Notes: generated by a model from the letters alone, not told the origin. Positions 9,559 through 19,051 are shown, counted from the stretch's first letter. The stretch: DNA of 64,000 bases from Acidobacteriota bacterium (GCA_963663035.1 OY760074.1:3200001-3264000), one strand, 5' to 3'. Made by a program: numbers and translations.

Positions 9559-11197
9559 CCCGGATTATTCATAAATTCTGAAGAAGGGGTCTGATCGAGG
9601 GCACAAAAAGATGCCGTACCTCTTTGATATAAAAGGGGTTATGAAACAACTCCAAACCAAAAAGGTACGGCCCAGCGATGCATCAGTCTGCCAGATCAAC
9701 TTGCCATCTCACCCTGACAGAAAAGTGGTGGCTCGATTCGATGGAGGCCGGCTCTCCTCCGATGCCGGGCTGCTGTGTCTGTACGCCCTGGATCAACAGC
9801 ACGGACTGACGGCTGGCTTTGCCTCCTGCCTGAAGGACGCTCGAGATAGCCGCTACGTCCGCCACCAGATTCGCGAACTGCTCACCCAGCGCAGCTTTCA
9901 GATCGTGGCCGGCTATGAGGACTGCAACGATGCCGACAGCTTGCGCTCGGATCCCATCTTCAAGACCGTGTGTGATCGGCTGCCGGAAAGCGATCCGGAT
10001 CTGGCTTCTCAACCCACGCTGTCGCGACTGGAGAACTCGGTGGACTCGAAGGATCTCACTCGCCTGGGACAGTGGCTGCTGGAGACCTACTTGAAGCACC
10101 GCAAGAAGAGCCGGCCCGAGAAGATCATCCTGGACATCGACAGCACGGATGACGTCACGCATGGGCAGCAGGAGTTCAGCTTTTACCACGGCTATTATCG
10201 CGAGCACATGTATCATCCGCTGCTGCTATTCGATGGCGAGACGGGCGATCTGGTATGTGCGCTACTGCGGCCCGGCAACCAGGGGGCGGCCGCCCACGCG
10301 GTGGCGGTTCTCAAACGGGTGGTGGCCCGGATGCGCCAGGTTCTGGGATCCGATGTTCCGATCGAAGTGCGAGCCGACAGTGGCTTTGCGACGCCGGCAC
10401 TGTACGAGTTCTGTGAGGAGGAAAAACTGCAGTATGTGGTGGGCTTTGCCCGCAACTCCCGGCTGGCGGCCACCGTCGAGCCCTTGGTTGAGCAGGTGCA
10501 AGCAGACTATGACGACTCAGGAGAAAAGCAACGCCAGTTCACCGAGCTCGTCTATCAGGCCGACAGTTGGGACCGGGAGCGGCGCATGGTGGCCAAGGTG
10601 GAAGTGAGCGAGCGCGGGTTCAACCGTCGCTTTGTGGTCACCAACCGCCAGGATCTCACGGCCGGGCAGCTGTATGACCACTACATCGGACGGGGCCAGT
10701 GCGAGAACTTCGTGAAAGCTTTCAAAAAAGATCTGGCCATGGATCGCTTGAGCTGCCACCGTTTCCTGGCCAACCAGTTCCGACTCTTCATCCACGCCCT
10801 GGCCTATGTCTTAATCCTGCGCCTGCGGGATTACCTGTGCGGGACTCCCTGGCACAACCTGGAGATTGAGACGCTCCGCCGCCGCCTGTTCAAAATCGGT
10901 GCCCGGGTTCGGGAAACTTCTCGTCGCATCTGGGTGCACCTGGCATCGTCTTATCCCGAACAAAAGCTCTTCGCATTACTGATGCACCGTCTGTGTCCCA
11001 CCTGACGGTCCCCTGACTCCCTGCGCCAACACAGATATACAGCCCCCTGCGGGCCGAGCTGTTTCCGGAAGGGGCTCTCGCTTCATCTCTATTCGGCTCA
11101 ACAAGCTTGGACGCCTTGTAATCGCACCTGAACACACTCTCAGCCCTGAACTTCCGCAGAAAATCGACACTCACCCCAAACTTATGAATAATTGCGG
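9559..11197 (+). mobile_element. Complete IS1380-family insertion sequence (1639 bp)
   Basis: Imperfect TIRs CCCGGATTATTCATAAATT / AACTTATGAATAATTGCGG (15/19), CTAG on both flanks (9555-9558 and 11198-11201), and a single transposase gene. Confidence 0.92.
9611..11005 (+). CDS. IS1380-family DDE transposase
   Basis: FDGGRLSSDAG, GYEDCNDAD.LR.DP, ASQPTLSRLEN, LDIDSTDD..HGQQE, RADSGF and RGQCENFVK. The ORF is intact; the start may be ATG 9641. Confidence 0.95.
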   Translation: MPYLFDIKGVMKQLQTKKVRPSDASVCQINLPSHPDRKVVARFDGGRLSSDAGLLCLYALDQQHGLTAGFASCLKDARDSRYVRHQIRELLTQRSFQIVAGYEDCNDADSLRSDPIFKTVCDRLPESDPDLASQPTLSRLENSVDSKDLTRLGQWLLETYLKHRKKSRPEKIILDIDSTDDVTHGQQEFSFYHGYYREHMYHPLLLFDGETGDLVCALLRPGNQGAAAHAVAVLKRVVARMRQVLGSDVPIEVRADSGFATPALYEFCEEEKLQYVVGFARNSRLAATVEPLVEQVQADYDDSGEKQRQFTELVYQADSWDRERRMVAKVEVSERGFNRRFVVTNRQDLTAGQLYDHYIGRGQCENFVKAFKKDLAMDRLSCHRFLANQFRLFIHALAYVLILRLRDYLCGTPWHNLEIETLRRRLFKIGARVRETSRRIWVHLASSYPEQKLFALLMHRLCPT

Positions 11198-11223
11198 CTA
11201 GCTCGGGTGAGGAAGGACTGCCG

Positions 11224-14200
11224 TCAACAGAAATTACGGGACCAGAGGTCGATCTCGAGTCCCGGGATGGCCTGGAATTTCTGGGCTCGGATCGAAGTGA
11301 CATTGTTCTGGTTCTGCAGGATCCCCTCCACCAACAAAAAAGGCTCGCTGAGCAGGAGCAAGCGGTTCTGCTCCAACAAGTCTGGGTGAATGACAATGTT
11401 TGCAATACCTGTCTCATCTTCCAGGCTCATGAAGAGAAAACCGCGAGCCGTTTGAGGCCGCTGGCGAGCGATGACACCTCCCACCACTCGCACTCGTTTC
11501 CCGTCAGGCACAGAAGGAAGTCGGGAAGCAGGAAGGACTCCCTGACGAGCCAGCTTGGGGCGCTGAAGTGCCATGGGATGAGGCCCGATGCTCAGGCCCG
11601 TGCCACCGTAATCGGCAATCAGGCGTTCCTGAACGCTCATGTCTGGCAGCAGGGACTCGATCTCTTCCTGGGAGGAGTCCAGCCGGGTAAAAAGCGGCCC
11701 CCCCGGGCGACAGGCTTTTTCGATTTGCCAGAGGGCTTGCCGCCGCTTCATCCCGAAGCCATTGAGAGCTCCAATCTCAGCTAATAGGGTCATTTCCGCC
11801 TTTCTCAAACCGATCCTCTGGCGCAGATCATCGATGGAACTGAAAAGACACTTGCGCCGCTCTTCTTCAAGGGTCCTCCCGGCTTTTTCTCGCAATCCCG
11901 CCACATACATCAATCCCAGCCGAATCGACCCATCCTCTTCAATGGTGCAAAGCCAATCGGATTTGAAAACATCGATGGGCTTGATGCACTGGCCGCGGCG
12001 CTGAGCGTCCTTGAGCAGGGTAGCCGGGTGATAAAAGCCCATGGGTTGGTTATTGAAAAGAGCCGTATAAAAAGCGGCCGGGTAGTGGGCTTTGATGTAC
12101 GCACTGGCATAAGCCAGTAAGGCAAAGCTGGCCGAGTGTGATTCGGGAAATCCATAGAGTGCAAAAGAACTAATATAGCGAATGATCGTTTCGGCGGCCT
12201 GGCCGGTGATTCCAGCGCGTTTTAAACCCGGCCGCAGTTTGCGTTCGACTCTTTTCATGCGGGCTTTGGATCTTTTGAAGCCGAGGGCCCGTCTTAACTC
12301 TTCGGCTTCACCTCCGGTAAATCCAGCCGCCACCATGGCGATGCGCAGCATTTGTTCCTGAAACAGAGGAATGCCCAATGTGCGCTCCAGGATGGGCTTC
12401 AGGGATGGGTGGGGGTAGGTCACCGCTTCTTGCCCGGTTCGACGCTTGAGATAGGGATGCACCATCTGCCCTATGACGGGGCCTGGCCGGATGAGGGCGA
12501 TTTCCACCACCAGATCGTAAAAACAGCGAGGCTTCAGGCGGGGTAAAGTGACCATCTGAGCCCGGCTCTCGACTTGAAACACCCCGATCGTATCGGCTTT
12601 TTGCAGCATGGAGTAGACCTTGGGATCATCGGGAGGAAGGTGAGCCAGATCCAGCTCCGAGCCTGACTGGCGAATGAGTTGGAGAGAATCCTGCAGGGCC
12701 GCCATCATTCCCAATCCCAGAAGATCCACCTTGATGATCCCCAGATCGGCGCAATCTTCTTTATCCCACTGGATCACTCTTCTGCCGGGCATGGTGGCAT
12801 TTTCCAGTGGAACAATGGTGTCCAGATGTCCCTGAGCGATCACCATGCCTCCCGAGTGCTGGCCCAGATGGCGGGGAAGGTCCTGGATTTGCTTCCACAG
12901 CCGCAGAAGGCTTCTCACTCGTGAATGAGACAGATCCAATCCTGCCTCCTTGAACCGCTGGGGTGCTTCCTCTTCAAGGCCTTTTCCTCTCCAGGCAATC
13001 ATGAGATGGGAAAGGCGATCCAGCGTTTGGGGAGGAAATTCCAGAGCTTTGCCGACCTCGCGGATGGCACTCTTTGCCCGGTAGGTGATCACATTGGCGG
13101 TCATGGCTGCGCCGTGTTCACCGTAACGGTCGTAGACGTATTGCAGGACGCGTTCTCGCCGTGTACCACTGGGGAGATCCAGATCGATATCCGGCCATTC
13201 ACCTCGTTCTTCAGAGAGGAAGCGTTCAAACAACAGGTCCATGCCGACCGGGTCAACGGCTGTGATTCCCAGGCTGTAGCAGACGGCGCTGTTGGCCGCC
13301 GATCCACGCCCCTGCACCAGGATGTCGTTCTCGCGGCAGAAGCAAACGATTTCCCAGACGATCAAAAAATAACCGGCCAGATCCAGTTTTTCGATCAGAT
13401 CCAACTCCCGGGCAATCTGGCGGCGAGCCCGGTCATGGTAAGGACGATAACGCTGGCGCGCTCCTTCATCAGCGAGCTTTCGCAAATAACTGATCATGCT
13501 CTCTCCAGAGGGAACAGGGTATTCCGGGAAGCGATAACCCAGGTCCTCCAGAGTAAAGTTGAGTTGTTGTGAGAGTTCCACAGTGTGAGCCAGAGCTTCG
13601 GGCAAATCTGCGAAGAGCTGCTCCATCTCTGTGGGTGCTTTCAGATAACATTCCGCATTTCGATTCAGTAACTTCCCCGCTTTGCCTAAAGTGGTCTTGT
13701 GACGTATGCAGGTGAGAATATCCAGTAGAGGACGGCCATTCGCCTTGGCATAGTGGACCCCGTTGGTGGCCACCAGGGGAAGACGGATACGGCGGCTCAA
13801 TTCGATCAAAGCCTGGTTTGCTGCCTCTTGTCGCCTGTCGAGGTGACGCTGCAGTTCTATGTAAACTCGATCCGGACCGTAAATTCCCTGAAGTCGCTGG
13901 GTACAGCGAAGTGCTCCCGGTTGACCGCTTTTCTCCAATGCCAGTCTCAGCGGTCCTCGAGCACCTCCAGTCAAGCAGACGAGCCCGGAAGCGAATTCTT
14001 CTATCTCATCGAAATGGACCGCTCCCTCCCCCTTCCTGGAGCGCAGCTTCATACGGGTGATCAGACGGCAGAGGTTTTGGTAACCGGTCCGGTTTTCAAC
14101 AAACAGGGGAAGCTGACAGGTTTGTTCACAGGATCCACTCGTTAAGGTGATTTCAGCTCCCACCATGGGTCGGAGTCCTGCTTTGCGACAGGCTTTGTAA

Positions 14201-14349
14201 AAACGCGGTGCACCATAGACTCCGTCGCGATCCAGTAAAGCCAGGGTGGGGTAATCCAGACGAGCTGCCTCTTTCACCAGTTCTTCGGGAAGTGCAGAAC
14301 CCTCCAAAAAACTAAAAGCGCTGCAGGTATGAAGTTCGATGTAGGGCAT
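11224..14349 (-). CDS. dnaE2: Error-prone DNA polymerase DnaE2 (ImuC)
   Basis: PHP start YIELHTCSAFSFLEG, GRGSAANS, PDIDLD, PRHLGQHSGG, KVDLLGLG, YGFPESH and C-terminal SRNF. Start placed at ATG 14349 because the ORF-track extension is heptamer repeat. Confidence 0.95.
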   Translation of the reverse strand: MPYIELHTCSAFSFLEGSALPEELVKEAARLDYPTLALLDRDGVYGAPRFYKACRKAGLRPMVGAEITLTSGSCEQTCQLPLFVENRTGYQNLCRLITRMKLRSRKGEGAVHFDEIEEFASGLVCLTGGARGPLRLALEKSGQPGALRCTQRLQGIYGPDRVYIELQRHLDRRQEAANQALIELSRRIRLPLVATNGVHYAKANGRPLLDILTCIRHKTTLGKAGKLLNRNAECYLKAPTEMEQLFADLPEALAHTVELSQQLNFTLEDLGYRFPEYPVPSGESMISYLRKLADEGARQRYRPYHDRARRQIARELDLIEKLDLAGYFLIVWEIVCFCRENDILVQGRGSAANSAVCYSLGITAVDPVGMDLLFERFLSEERGEWPDIDLDLPSGTRRERVLQYVYDRYGEHGAAMTANVITYRAKSAIREVGKALEFPPQTLDRLSHLMIAWRGKGLEEEAPQRFKEAGLDLSHSRVRSLLRLWKQIQDLPRHLGQHSGGMVIAQGHLDTIVPLENATMPGRRVIQWDKEDCADLGIIKVDLLGLGMMAALQDSLQLIRQSGSELDLAHLPPDDPKVYSMLQKADTIGVFQVESRAQMVTLPRLKPRCFYDLVVEIALIRPGPVIGQMVHPYLKRRTGQEAVTYPHPSLKPILERTLGIPLFQEQMLRIAMVAAGFTGGEAEELRRALGFKRSKARMKRVERKLRPGLKRAGITGQAAETIIRYISSFALYGFPESHSASFALLAYASAYIKAHYPAAFYTALFNNQPMGFYHPATLLKDAQRRGQCIKPIDVFKSDWLCTIEEDGSIRLGLMYVAGLREKAGRTLEEERRKCLFSSIDDLRQRIGLRKAEMTLLAEIGALNGFGMKRRQALWQIEKACRPGGPLFTRLDSSQEEIESLLPDMSVQERLIADYGGTGLSIGPHPMALQRPKLARQGVLPASRLPSVPDGKRVRVVGGVIARQRPQTARGFLFMSLEDETGIANIVIHPDLLEQNRLLLLSEPFLLVEGILQNQNNVTSIRAQKFQAIPGLEIDLWSRNFC

Positions 14350-14359
14350 GTGGTAAACA

Positions 14360-14415
14360 CTGACAACTGACAACTGACAACTGACAACTGATAACTGACC
14401 ACTGACAGTTGACCG
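14360..14415. repeat. CTGACAA-type heptamer tandem array (8 units)
   Basis: CTGACAA x4, CTGATAA, CTGACCA, CTGACAG, TTGACCG. Confidence 0.9.
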
Positions 14416-14421
14416 CTAGTG

Positions 14422-14567
14422 CCCGCATTATGCATAGGTTTTCGTAGCGAAGTGGCGCAAGCGCCGCGGCTGACAAGGCGTGTGAGGGGTACCCGCTTGC
14501 GGGGCGCACAACGCAGTCAGCGTGGATGATTGCGACACTGTAGTAGAAACTTTATGCATAATGCGGG
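14422..14567. mobile_element. MITE family A, copy 2 (short, reverse orientation)
   Basis: Perfect 15-bp TIR CCCGCATTATGCATA. Internal sequence is homologous to copies 1 and 3 but lacks the central hairpin. Confidence 0.85.
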
Positions 14568-15791
14568 CTAATCGTAGATTCCTTCCAGAAACCAGGTTTT
14601 CCTGCAGTAATCCCAATAGATCCGGCGAATCGATCCGTCCATCAGCTCCACATCCCACTCATCGCGAGACCACTCATGAGCCTTGCCTGTCCACCAATCT
14701 CCGGAAGAGCGCCAGGGTCCGGCACAGGCCACAATCTGATCGGATCGAATGCGAGTGGGGATGGGAGGGCGAAATCTCCTGAGTGAAAGTTGGATGGTCT
14801 CTCTCTCCTTCTCTCTGCGCTCGAAGGGTGCTTTCTTTCGGCCCGTGAAGGGCGCCTCCATCTCGATCGCATCCGGACGGTGAGTGTCAATTAAAGCAGG
14901 AGATCCGATGTTGTTCTTTCCAAACAGGGCGGTCAGACGGGCCAAAGTACGGGACATTTCCTCTGGATTAGGGAGAGGCGGTTCCAGTAGTGAATGCTGA
15001 ATGAGTCGTGGAGGAGCTGGGATTGCTTGAAGCGAAACGCCGACAATCCCCGAGTCGGGTGGATGGGATTGAAGATCCAAACGCAAAAGTGAAAGGAGAA
15101 GCTTCGGATTCCGTGTGGGAAAAGCCACCTGGAGAGTCCGTTTGTAGAAAATGCGATTGTCCAGTCGCAAGACGAGATGGAGAGAATCAACGGCCAAGCC
15201 GTAGATTTGAAGGCGATCACAGAGGTGCTCCAGGATCCTTCCCAGGATAAAAGTGAGTGATTCGAGCGAATCCAGCGTCCATTCCAGTTCCTGACTTTCT
15301 TCGAAATGGGGTTCTTCTACATAGGATTGAAAGGATTCAGTGTCTTGGCCCCGTGCCATTTTCTGTAGACGAAGTCCTGTTTGACCCAGACGGGCCACTA
15401 ATTCCTCTTCCGGCAGAGCCGCCAGCTCGCCTAGAGTACGGATTCCCCACTGGGAAAAAGTCGAAAGAAGTTTGCAGTTGGATTCCTGGAGGGCCAGGGA
15501 GAGCAGGTTTACAGGTAAAGAGGCCAGGAAATCCCGTTCCTTGCCAGGAGGAACAACTGTACCCGATTGAGTTTTAGCGGTAAGAATAGCCGTGATTCGT
15601 GTGGAGGAGATGCCGACTTTGAGCGGAGGAGTTTGCTGGAGCAGTTTCTGGAGAGCCTTCCTTTCAAATTTTGCTGTCACCTCCAGAAGAAGTCCATCTG
15701 GAGGACAGATTTCGATACGGGGAGAGAGTCTGTGGGCGATTGCCAGGATGTGGGATAGATCGGAGCTAAAAATGGCTATAAAACGTGGCAT
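14568..15791 (-). CDS. imuB: ImuB, Y-family polymerase-like accessory protein
   Basis: SPRIE, WGIRTLGELAALPEEELVARLG, GPWRSSGDWW...RDEWDV...WFLEGIYD. Lies between the recA-like gene and dnaE2. Confidence 0.85.
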   Translation of the reverse strand: MPRFIAIFSSDLSHILAIAHRLSPRIEICPPDGLLLEVTAKFERKALQKLLQQTPPLKVGISSTRITAILTAKTQSGTVVPPGKERDFLASLPVNLLSLALQESNCKLLSTFSQWGIRTLGELAALPEEELVARLGQTGLRLQKMARGQDTESFQSYVEEPHFEESQELEWTLDSLESLTFILGRILEHLCDRLQIYGLAVDSLHLVLRLDNRIFYKRTLQVAFPTRNPKLLLSLLRLDLQSHPPDSGIVGVSLQAIPAPPRLIQHSLLEPPLPNPEEMSRTLARLTALFGKNNIGSPALIDTHRPDAIEMEAPFTGRKKAPFERREKERETIQLSLRRFRPPIPTRIRSDQIVACAGPWRSSGDWWTGKAHEWSRDEWDVELMDGSIRRIYWDYCRKTWFLEGIYD

Positions 15792-16458
15792 GGTTGGGAT
15801 TCTTACCTCGTAGCAATTCAACTTCGTTGCAAATACCGCGGGCTAGTACCTTTTGAGTCGTAAAACACCACTGCGCTTTACGCCGTCGAAGTGAAATCAC
15901 CACTGCTGCTGCACTTCCAACTGTCGCCTCATTTCCCAATATCAGTAAAATTGTGGGTGTTCCCTGAACAGTATGTTTCAGCCTGAACCAACAATGGGAA
16001 GGGATTTTCTGGATGGATCCGGGATTGACCTCCCTGCCCTGGGTCTCCAGATCGAGCACTACCACCCCAAAACCGCCTGCTCCAGCCAGGATATCTGCTG
16101 CTTTTAAGATTTTTTTCGGCAAAAAGGAGGTCCCACCGCGGACCCAAAGTAAGCGTTGCAGGTCAATACCTGCCTTTTGAGCAAAAACCGGGTCCAGTGA
16201 AGCGAAGGAGTCAATGTAAGCAACCGCTTCTCCTCGTGTGGTCGCTTGAGACAGGATTGAAAGGAGGAGGCTGGTTTTTCCACTGGAAGCAGGTCCTATG
16301 ATCTCTGTTATTTGACCGCGTGGGATGCCACCTGAAAGCAGAAGGTCCAGATGCTTCATACCTGTGGACAAAAACTCCCGGTTTCCTTTTTCTCTCAGTT
16401 GTGATCCTCTGAGAATGGATGCCTCGATTCTTTGGCGCGCAATTGCACGATTCAGCAT
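15766..16458 (-). CDS. imuA: ImuA-like RecA-family protein
   Basis: STGMKHLDLLLSGGIPRGQITEIIGPASSGKT (Walker A), AYID...LDP..A..AGIDL.RLLWV. Short (230 aa) and first gene of the cassette. Confidence 0.85.
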   Translation of the reverse strand: MLNRAIARQRIEASILRGSQLREKGNREFLSTGMKHLDLLLSGGIPRGQITEIIGPASSGKTSLLLSILSQATTRGEAVAYIDSFASLDPVFAQKAGIDLQRLLWVRGGTSFLPKKILKAADILAGAGGFGVVVLDLETQGREVNPGSIQKIPSHCWFRLKHTVQGTPTILLILGNEATVGSAAAVVISLRRRKAQWCFTTQKVLARGICNEVELLRGKNPNHATFYSHF

Positions 16459-16460
16459 AG

Positions 16461-16478
16461 TTTCACCTTTTGTTCACC
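16461..16478. promoter_or_regulatory. Putative LexA operator (direct-repeat type)
   Basis: TTTC-ACCTTTT-GTTC, with TTCACC repeated at an 11-bp period. One mismatch from GTTC-N7-GTTC; lies between the -10 element and the imuA ATG. Confidence 0.6.
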
Positions 16479-16479
16479 T

Positions 16480-16508
16480 AGGGTAGCGACTCTCTTTCTC
16501 TCTGTCAA
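16480..16508 (-). promoter_or_regulatory. sigma70 promoter of imuA-imuB-dnaE2
   Basis: Minus strand TTGACA (16508-16503), 17 bp, TACCCT (16485-16480). Confidence 0.65.
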
Positions 16509-16567
16509 TGGGTTTGTGCGAACGCACGAATTGACTCTGCAAGGGTTTCAGTGTATTCCGTTGGAGT

Positions 16568-17359
16568 ATGAGCTTTCTTTTGCCGACCGGAACTCTGTGG
16601 TGGCGGGAAATAGTGCGATTTTACCGGCAACGCAGCCGTGTACTGGGTGCACTCGGGACTCCCCTGGTTTTCTGGCTATTCATCGGATCGGGAATCGGTG
16701 CTTCTTTTCGTCCTCCTTCAGCACCAGCGGGGACGAACTATCTGGAATACTTCTATCCGGGAACAATGGTTCTCATTATTCTCTTTACTGCTATCTTCTC
16801 CACCATCTCAGTCATTGAGGATCGCAAAGAAGGGTTTTTGCTCTCTGTGTTGGTTGCCCCCGTGTCCCGCTCCGGGTTGGCCCTGGGTAAGATTCTGGGT
16901 GGAGCGACGCTGGCCTTTCTTCAGGGCTTCCTCTTTGTCCTGGTGGCTCCCCTGGTGGGTATCTCGCTGGAGGTGGGGAAGATCGTACTGTTGGCTGGAA
17001 TCCTTTTTCTTATTGCGGTTTCGCTGACATCGCTGGGCTTTGCATTGGCCTGGAAGATCAATTCCACCCAGGGTTTTCACTCGATTATGAATCTTCTTCT
17101 CTTTCCCATGTGGCTACTTTCGGGGGCTATTTTCCCCCCCTCCGGAGCATCCACGTGGGTGGGATGGCTGATGAAGATCAATCCCCTCACCTATGAACTG
17201 GCAGCTGTGCGTCACATACTGGAAGGGTACAATCCAGCTCTGGAGCTTGAGGTTGCTTCTTTTTCGCACTGCCTGCTGGTCACAGTGCTGTTCGGATTGG
17301 TGGCCTTTCTGGCCTCCTTTACCGTGGTGCAGCAACGCAGTGTGAAAACTCTGGGATGA
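16568..17359 (+). CDS. ABC-2 type transporter permease
   Basis: WWREIVRFYRQ, YLEYFYPG, DRKEGFL...LVAPVSR, LLSGAIFP, NPLTY. Confidence 0.9.
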   Translation: MSFLLPTGTLWWREIVRFYRQRSRVLGALGTPLVFWLFIGSGIGASFRPPSAPAGTNYLEYFYPGTMVLIILFTAIFSTISVIEDRKEGFLLSVLVAPVSRSGLALGKILGGATLAFLQGFLFVLVAPLVGISLEVGKIVLLAGILFLIAVSLTSLGFALAWKINSTQGFHSIMNLLLFPMWLLSGAIFPPSGASTWVGWLMKINPLTYELAAVRHILEGYNPALELEVASFSHCLLVTVLFGLVAFLASFTVVQQRSVKTLG

Positions 17360-17772
17360 TATCTCTTGTCGACTTACCCACCCTGAATGCAACCCTGAAC
17401 GGAACGAGTGCTGTTTTGCTCGCTCTGGGTTATTTTTTTATTTGCCGAAAACAGGTAGATTTTCACAAGGCCTGTATGATCGGTGCCTTTGTGACCTCAA
17501 CCCTTTTTCTGGTTTCCTATCTCATCTATCACTATCAGGCCGGATCAAGGTCCTTCTCCGGAGAGGGTTGGACTCGTCCTGTGTACTTTGCCATTCTTAT
17601 TTCTCACATCGTACTGGCCACTGTGATTGTGCCCCTGGCCATCGTCACGCTGACGCGCGCCTGGAGAGGACACTTCGAAAAGCACCGTCACATTGCTCGT
17701 TGGACCCTTCCCGTCTGGCTGTATGTTTCCGTCACCGGCGTGATTGTGTATCTCATGCTGTATCACTGGTAG
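17356..17772 (+). CDS. DUF420 family membrane protein
   Basis: LPTLNATLN, FHKACM, FLVSYLIYH, HRHIARWTLPVWLYVSVTG. Confidence 0.9.
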   Translation: MISLVDLPTLNATLNGTSAVLLALGYFFICRKQVDFHKACMIGAFVTSTLFLVSYLIYHYQAGSRSFSGEGWTRPVYFAILISHIVLATVIVPLAIVTLTRAWRGHFEKHRHIARWTLPVWLYVSVTGVIVYLMLYHW

Positions 17773-17819
17773 ATCACTTATTTCATTGATTTTAAACGGT
17801 GGACTAAAAGGAGACCTCT

Positions 17820-18680
17820 ATGGAAAGCAACAGCGAAGAACTCAAGAAGTCATCTTCCTACCTCGTTGCCTACGAGGACATTGAGTTTCTGAACAGGGAC
17901 GACCTCCGTCCCGTCAGGCTGCAACTGGAACTGCTGAAACCCGAGCTGATCATGGAAGAGCACAAGATCGTTTCTACAATCGTGGTATTCGGAAGTGCTC
18001 GGTTATTGAGCAGGGAAGCAGCCGAAAAAAATCTGTCGGATGTTGAAAAACGGGCTGCAGCGAATCCAGACGAGGGTGATTCGCAGAAAGCCTTGGCACG
18101 GGCTCGGTGTTTGCTAGACAATTCACGCTATTACGAAGAGTCCAGAGAGTTTGCCCGGATGGTTTCCACAGCCTGTCAGATCGATGGTCGCTTTTGCGAC
18201 TTTGTGGTGATCACCGGCGGCGGCCCCGGCATCATGGAGGCTGCTAACCGGGGAGCCCACGAAGTCGGCGCGAAATCCATAGGTCTGAACATCACCTTGC
18301 CTTTCGAGCAACTGCCAAACCCCTACATCACACCGGAACTGTGTTTTCAATTTCATTACTTTGCCGTACGCAAGATGCACTTTTTGCTGCGCACCAAAGC
18401 CCTCGTGGTGTTCCCGGGAGGTTTTGGCACGCTGGATGAAATGTTCGAAACACTGACCTTGATTCAGACCCAAAAGATGGAGCCCATTCCGGTGTTGTTG
18501 TTCGGAAAGAGTTTCTGGCAGCAGGCGGTCAATCTGCCATTTCTGGTCGAACAGGGCACGATCTCTGCGGAGGACCTGCAGCTAGTGAGCTATGTAGAAA
18601 CTGCAGCTGATGCCTGGCAGAAAATCATGGATTTCTATAGAATTGGACCCGCAGCAGCCACAGGAAAAGCGGATGCCTGA
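17820..18680 (+). CDS. LOG-family (TIGR00730-like) Rossmann-fold protein
   Basis: VFGSAR, TGGGPGIMEAANRGA, FHYFAVRKMHF, FPGGFGTLDE. Confidence 0.92.
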   Translation: MESNSEELKKSSSYLVAYEDIEFLNRDDLRPVRLQLELLKPELIMEEHKIVSTIVVFGSARLLSREAAEKNLSDVEKRAAANPDEGDSQKALARARCLLDNSRYYEESREFARMVSTACQIDGRFCDFVVITGGGPGIMEAANRGAHEVGAKSIGLNITLPFEQLPNPYITPELCFQFHYFAVRKMHFLLRTKALVVFPGGFGTLDEMFETLTLIQTQKMEPIPVLLFGKSFWQQAVNLPFLVEQGTISAEDLQLVSYVETAADAWQKIMDFYRIGPAAATGKADA

Positions 18681-18688
18681 AGAAGTGG

Positions 18689-18949
18689 TCAGGCGACTTC
18701 AACGATCGCCTTTTCCTTACTCTCGAACTCCCTGATCTCTTTTTCGGACAGCTTCAGCTGAGATTTCGTCTTGTAGTAGTGAGGGTGCTGTGCCCTGACT
18801 GCATTGTAGACCTCGTCCCAACACTCAGGACACTCTTCAAGATGGGAAAAGAAGTCCAATTTTTCGTCTATATCCAATTTGTCGGACAAATAGCGAGTCA
18901 GTAGTTCCCGGGAGCAATCTCTTATGCTTTTTTGCGGTGCTCTCAACAT
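18689..18949 (-). CDS. Small soluble protein with zf-HC2/ZAS-like motif
   Basis: C...LLTRYLSDKL......FFSHLEECPECW (Hx3Cx2C); no TM segment; about 86 aa. Confidence 0.6.
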   Translation of the reverse strand: MLRAPQKSIRDCSRELLTRYLSDKLDIDEKLDFFSHLEECPECWDEVYNAVRAQHPHYYKTKSQLKLSEKEIREFESKEKAIVEVA

Positions 18950-19051
18950 ATCACTGAGTAAAGAAGACTCTTTTGGCAAAAAGTTTCAAATATTCTCTCT
19001 TTATTTTCCCCGATTGCATTGCTTTCCAGCCTTTTGCTATCTTATTCGTCT

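Noticed and set aside
15766-16458. Housekeeping recA
   Set aside because: Too short, lacks the RecA C-terminal conserved regions, and sits in the imuA position.
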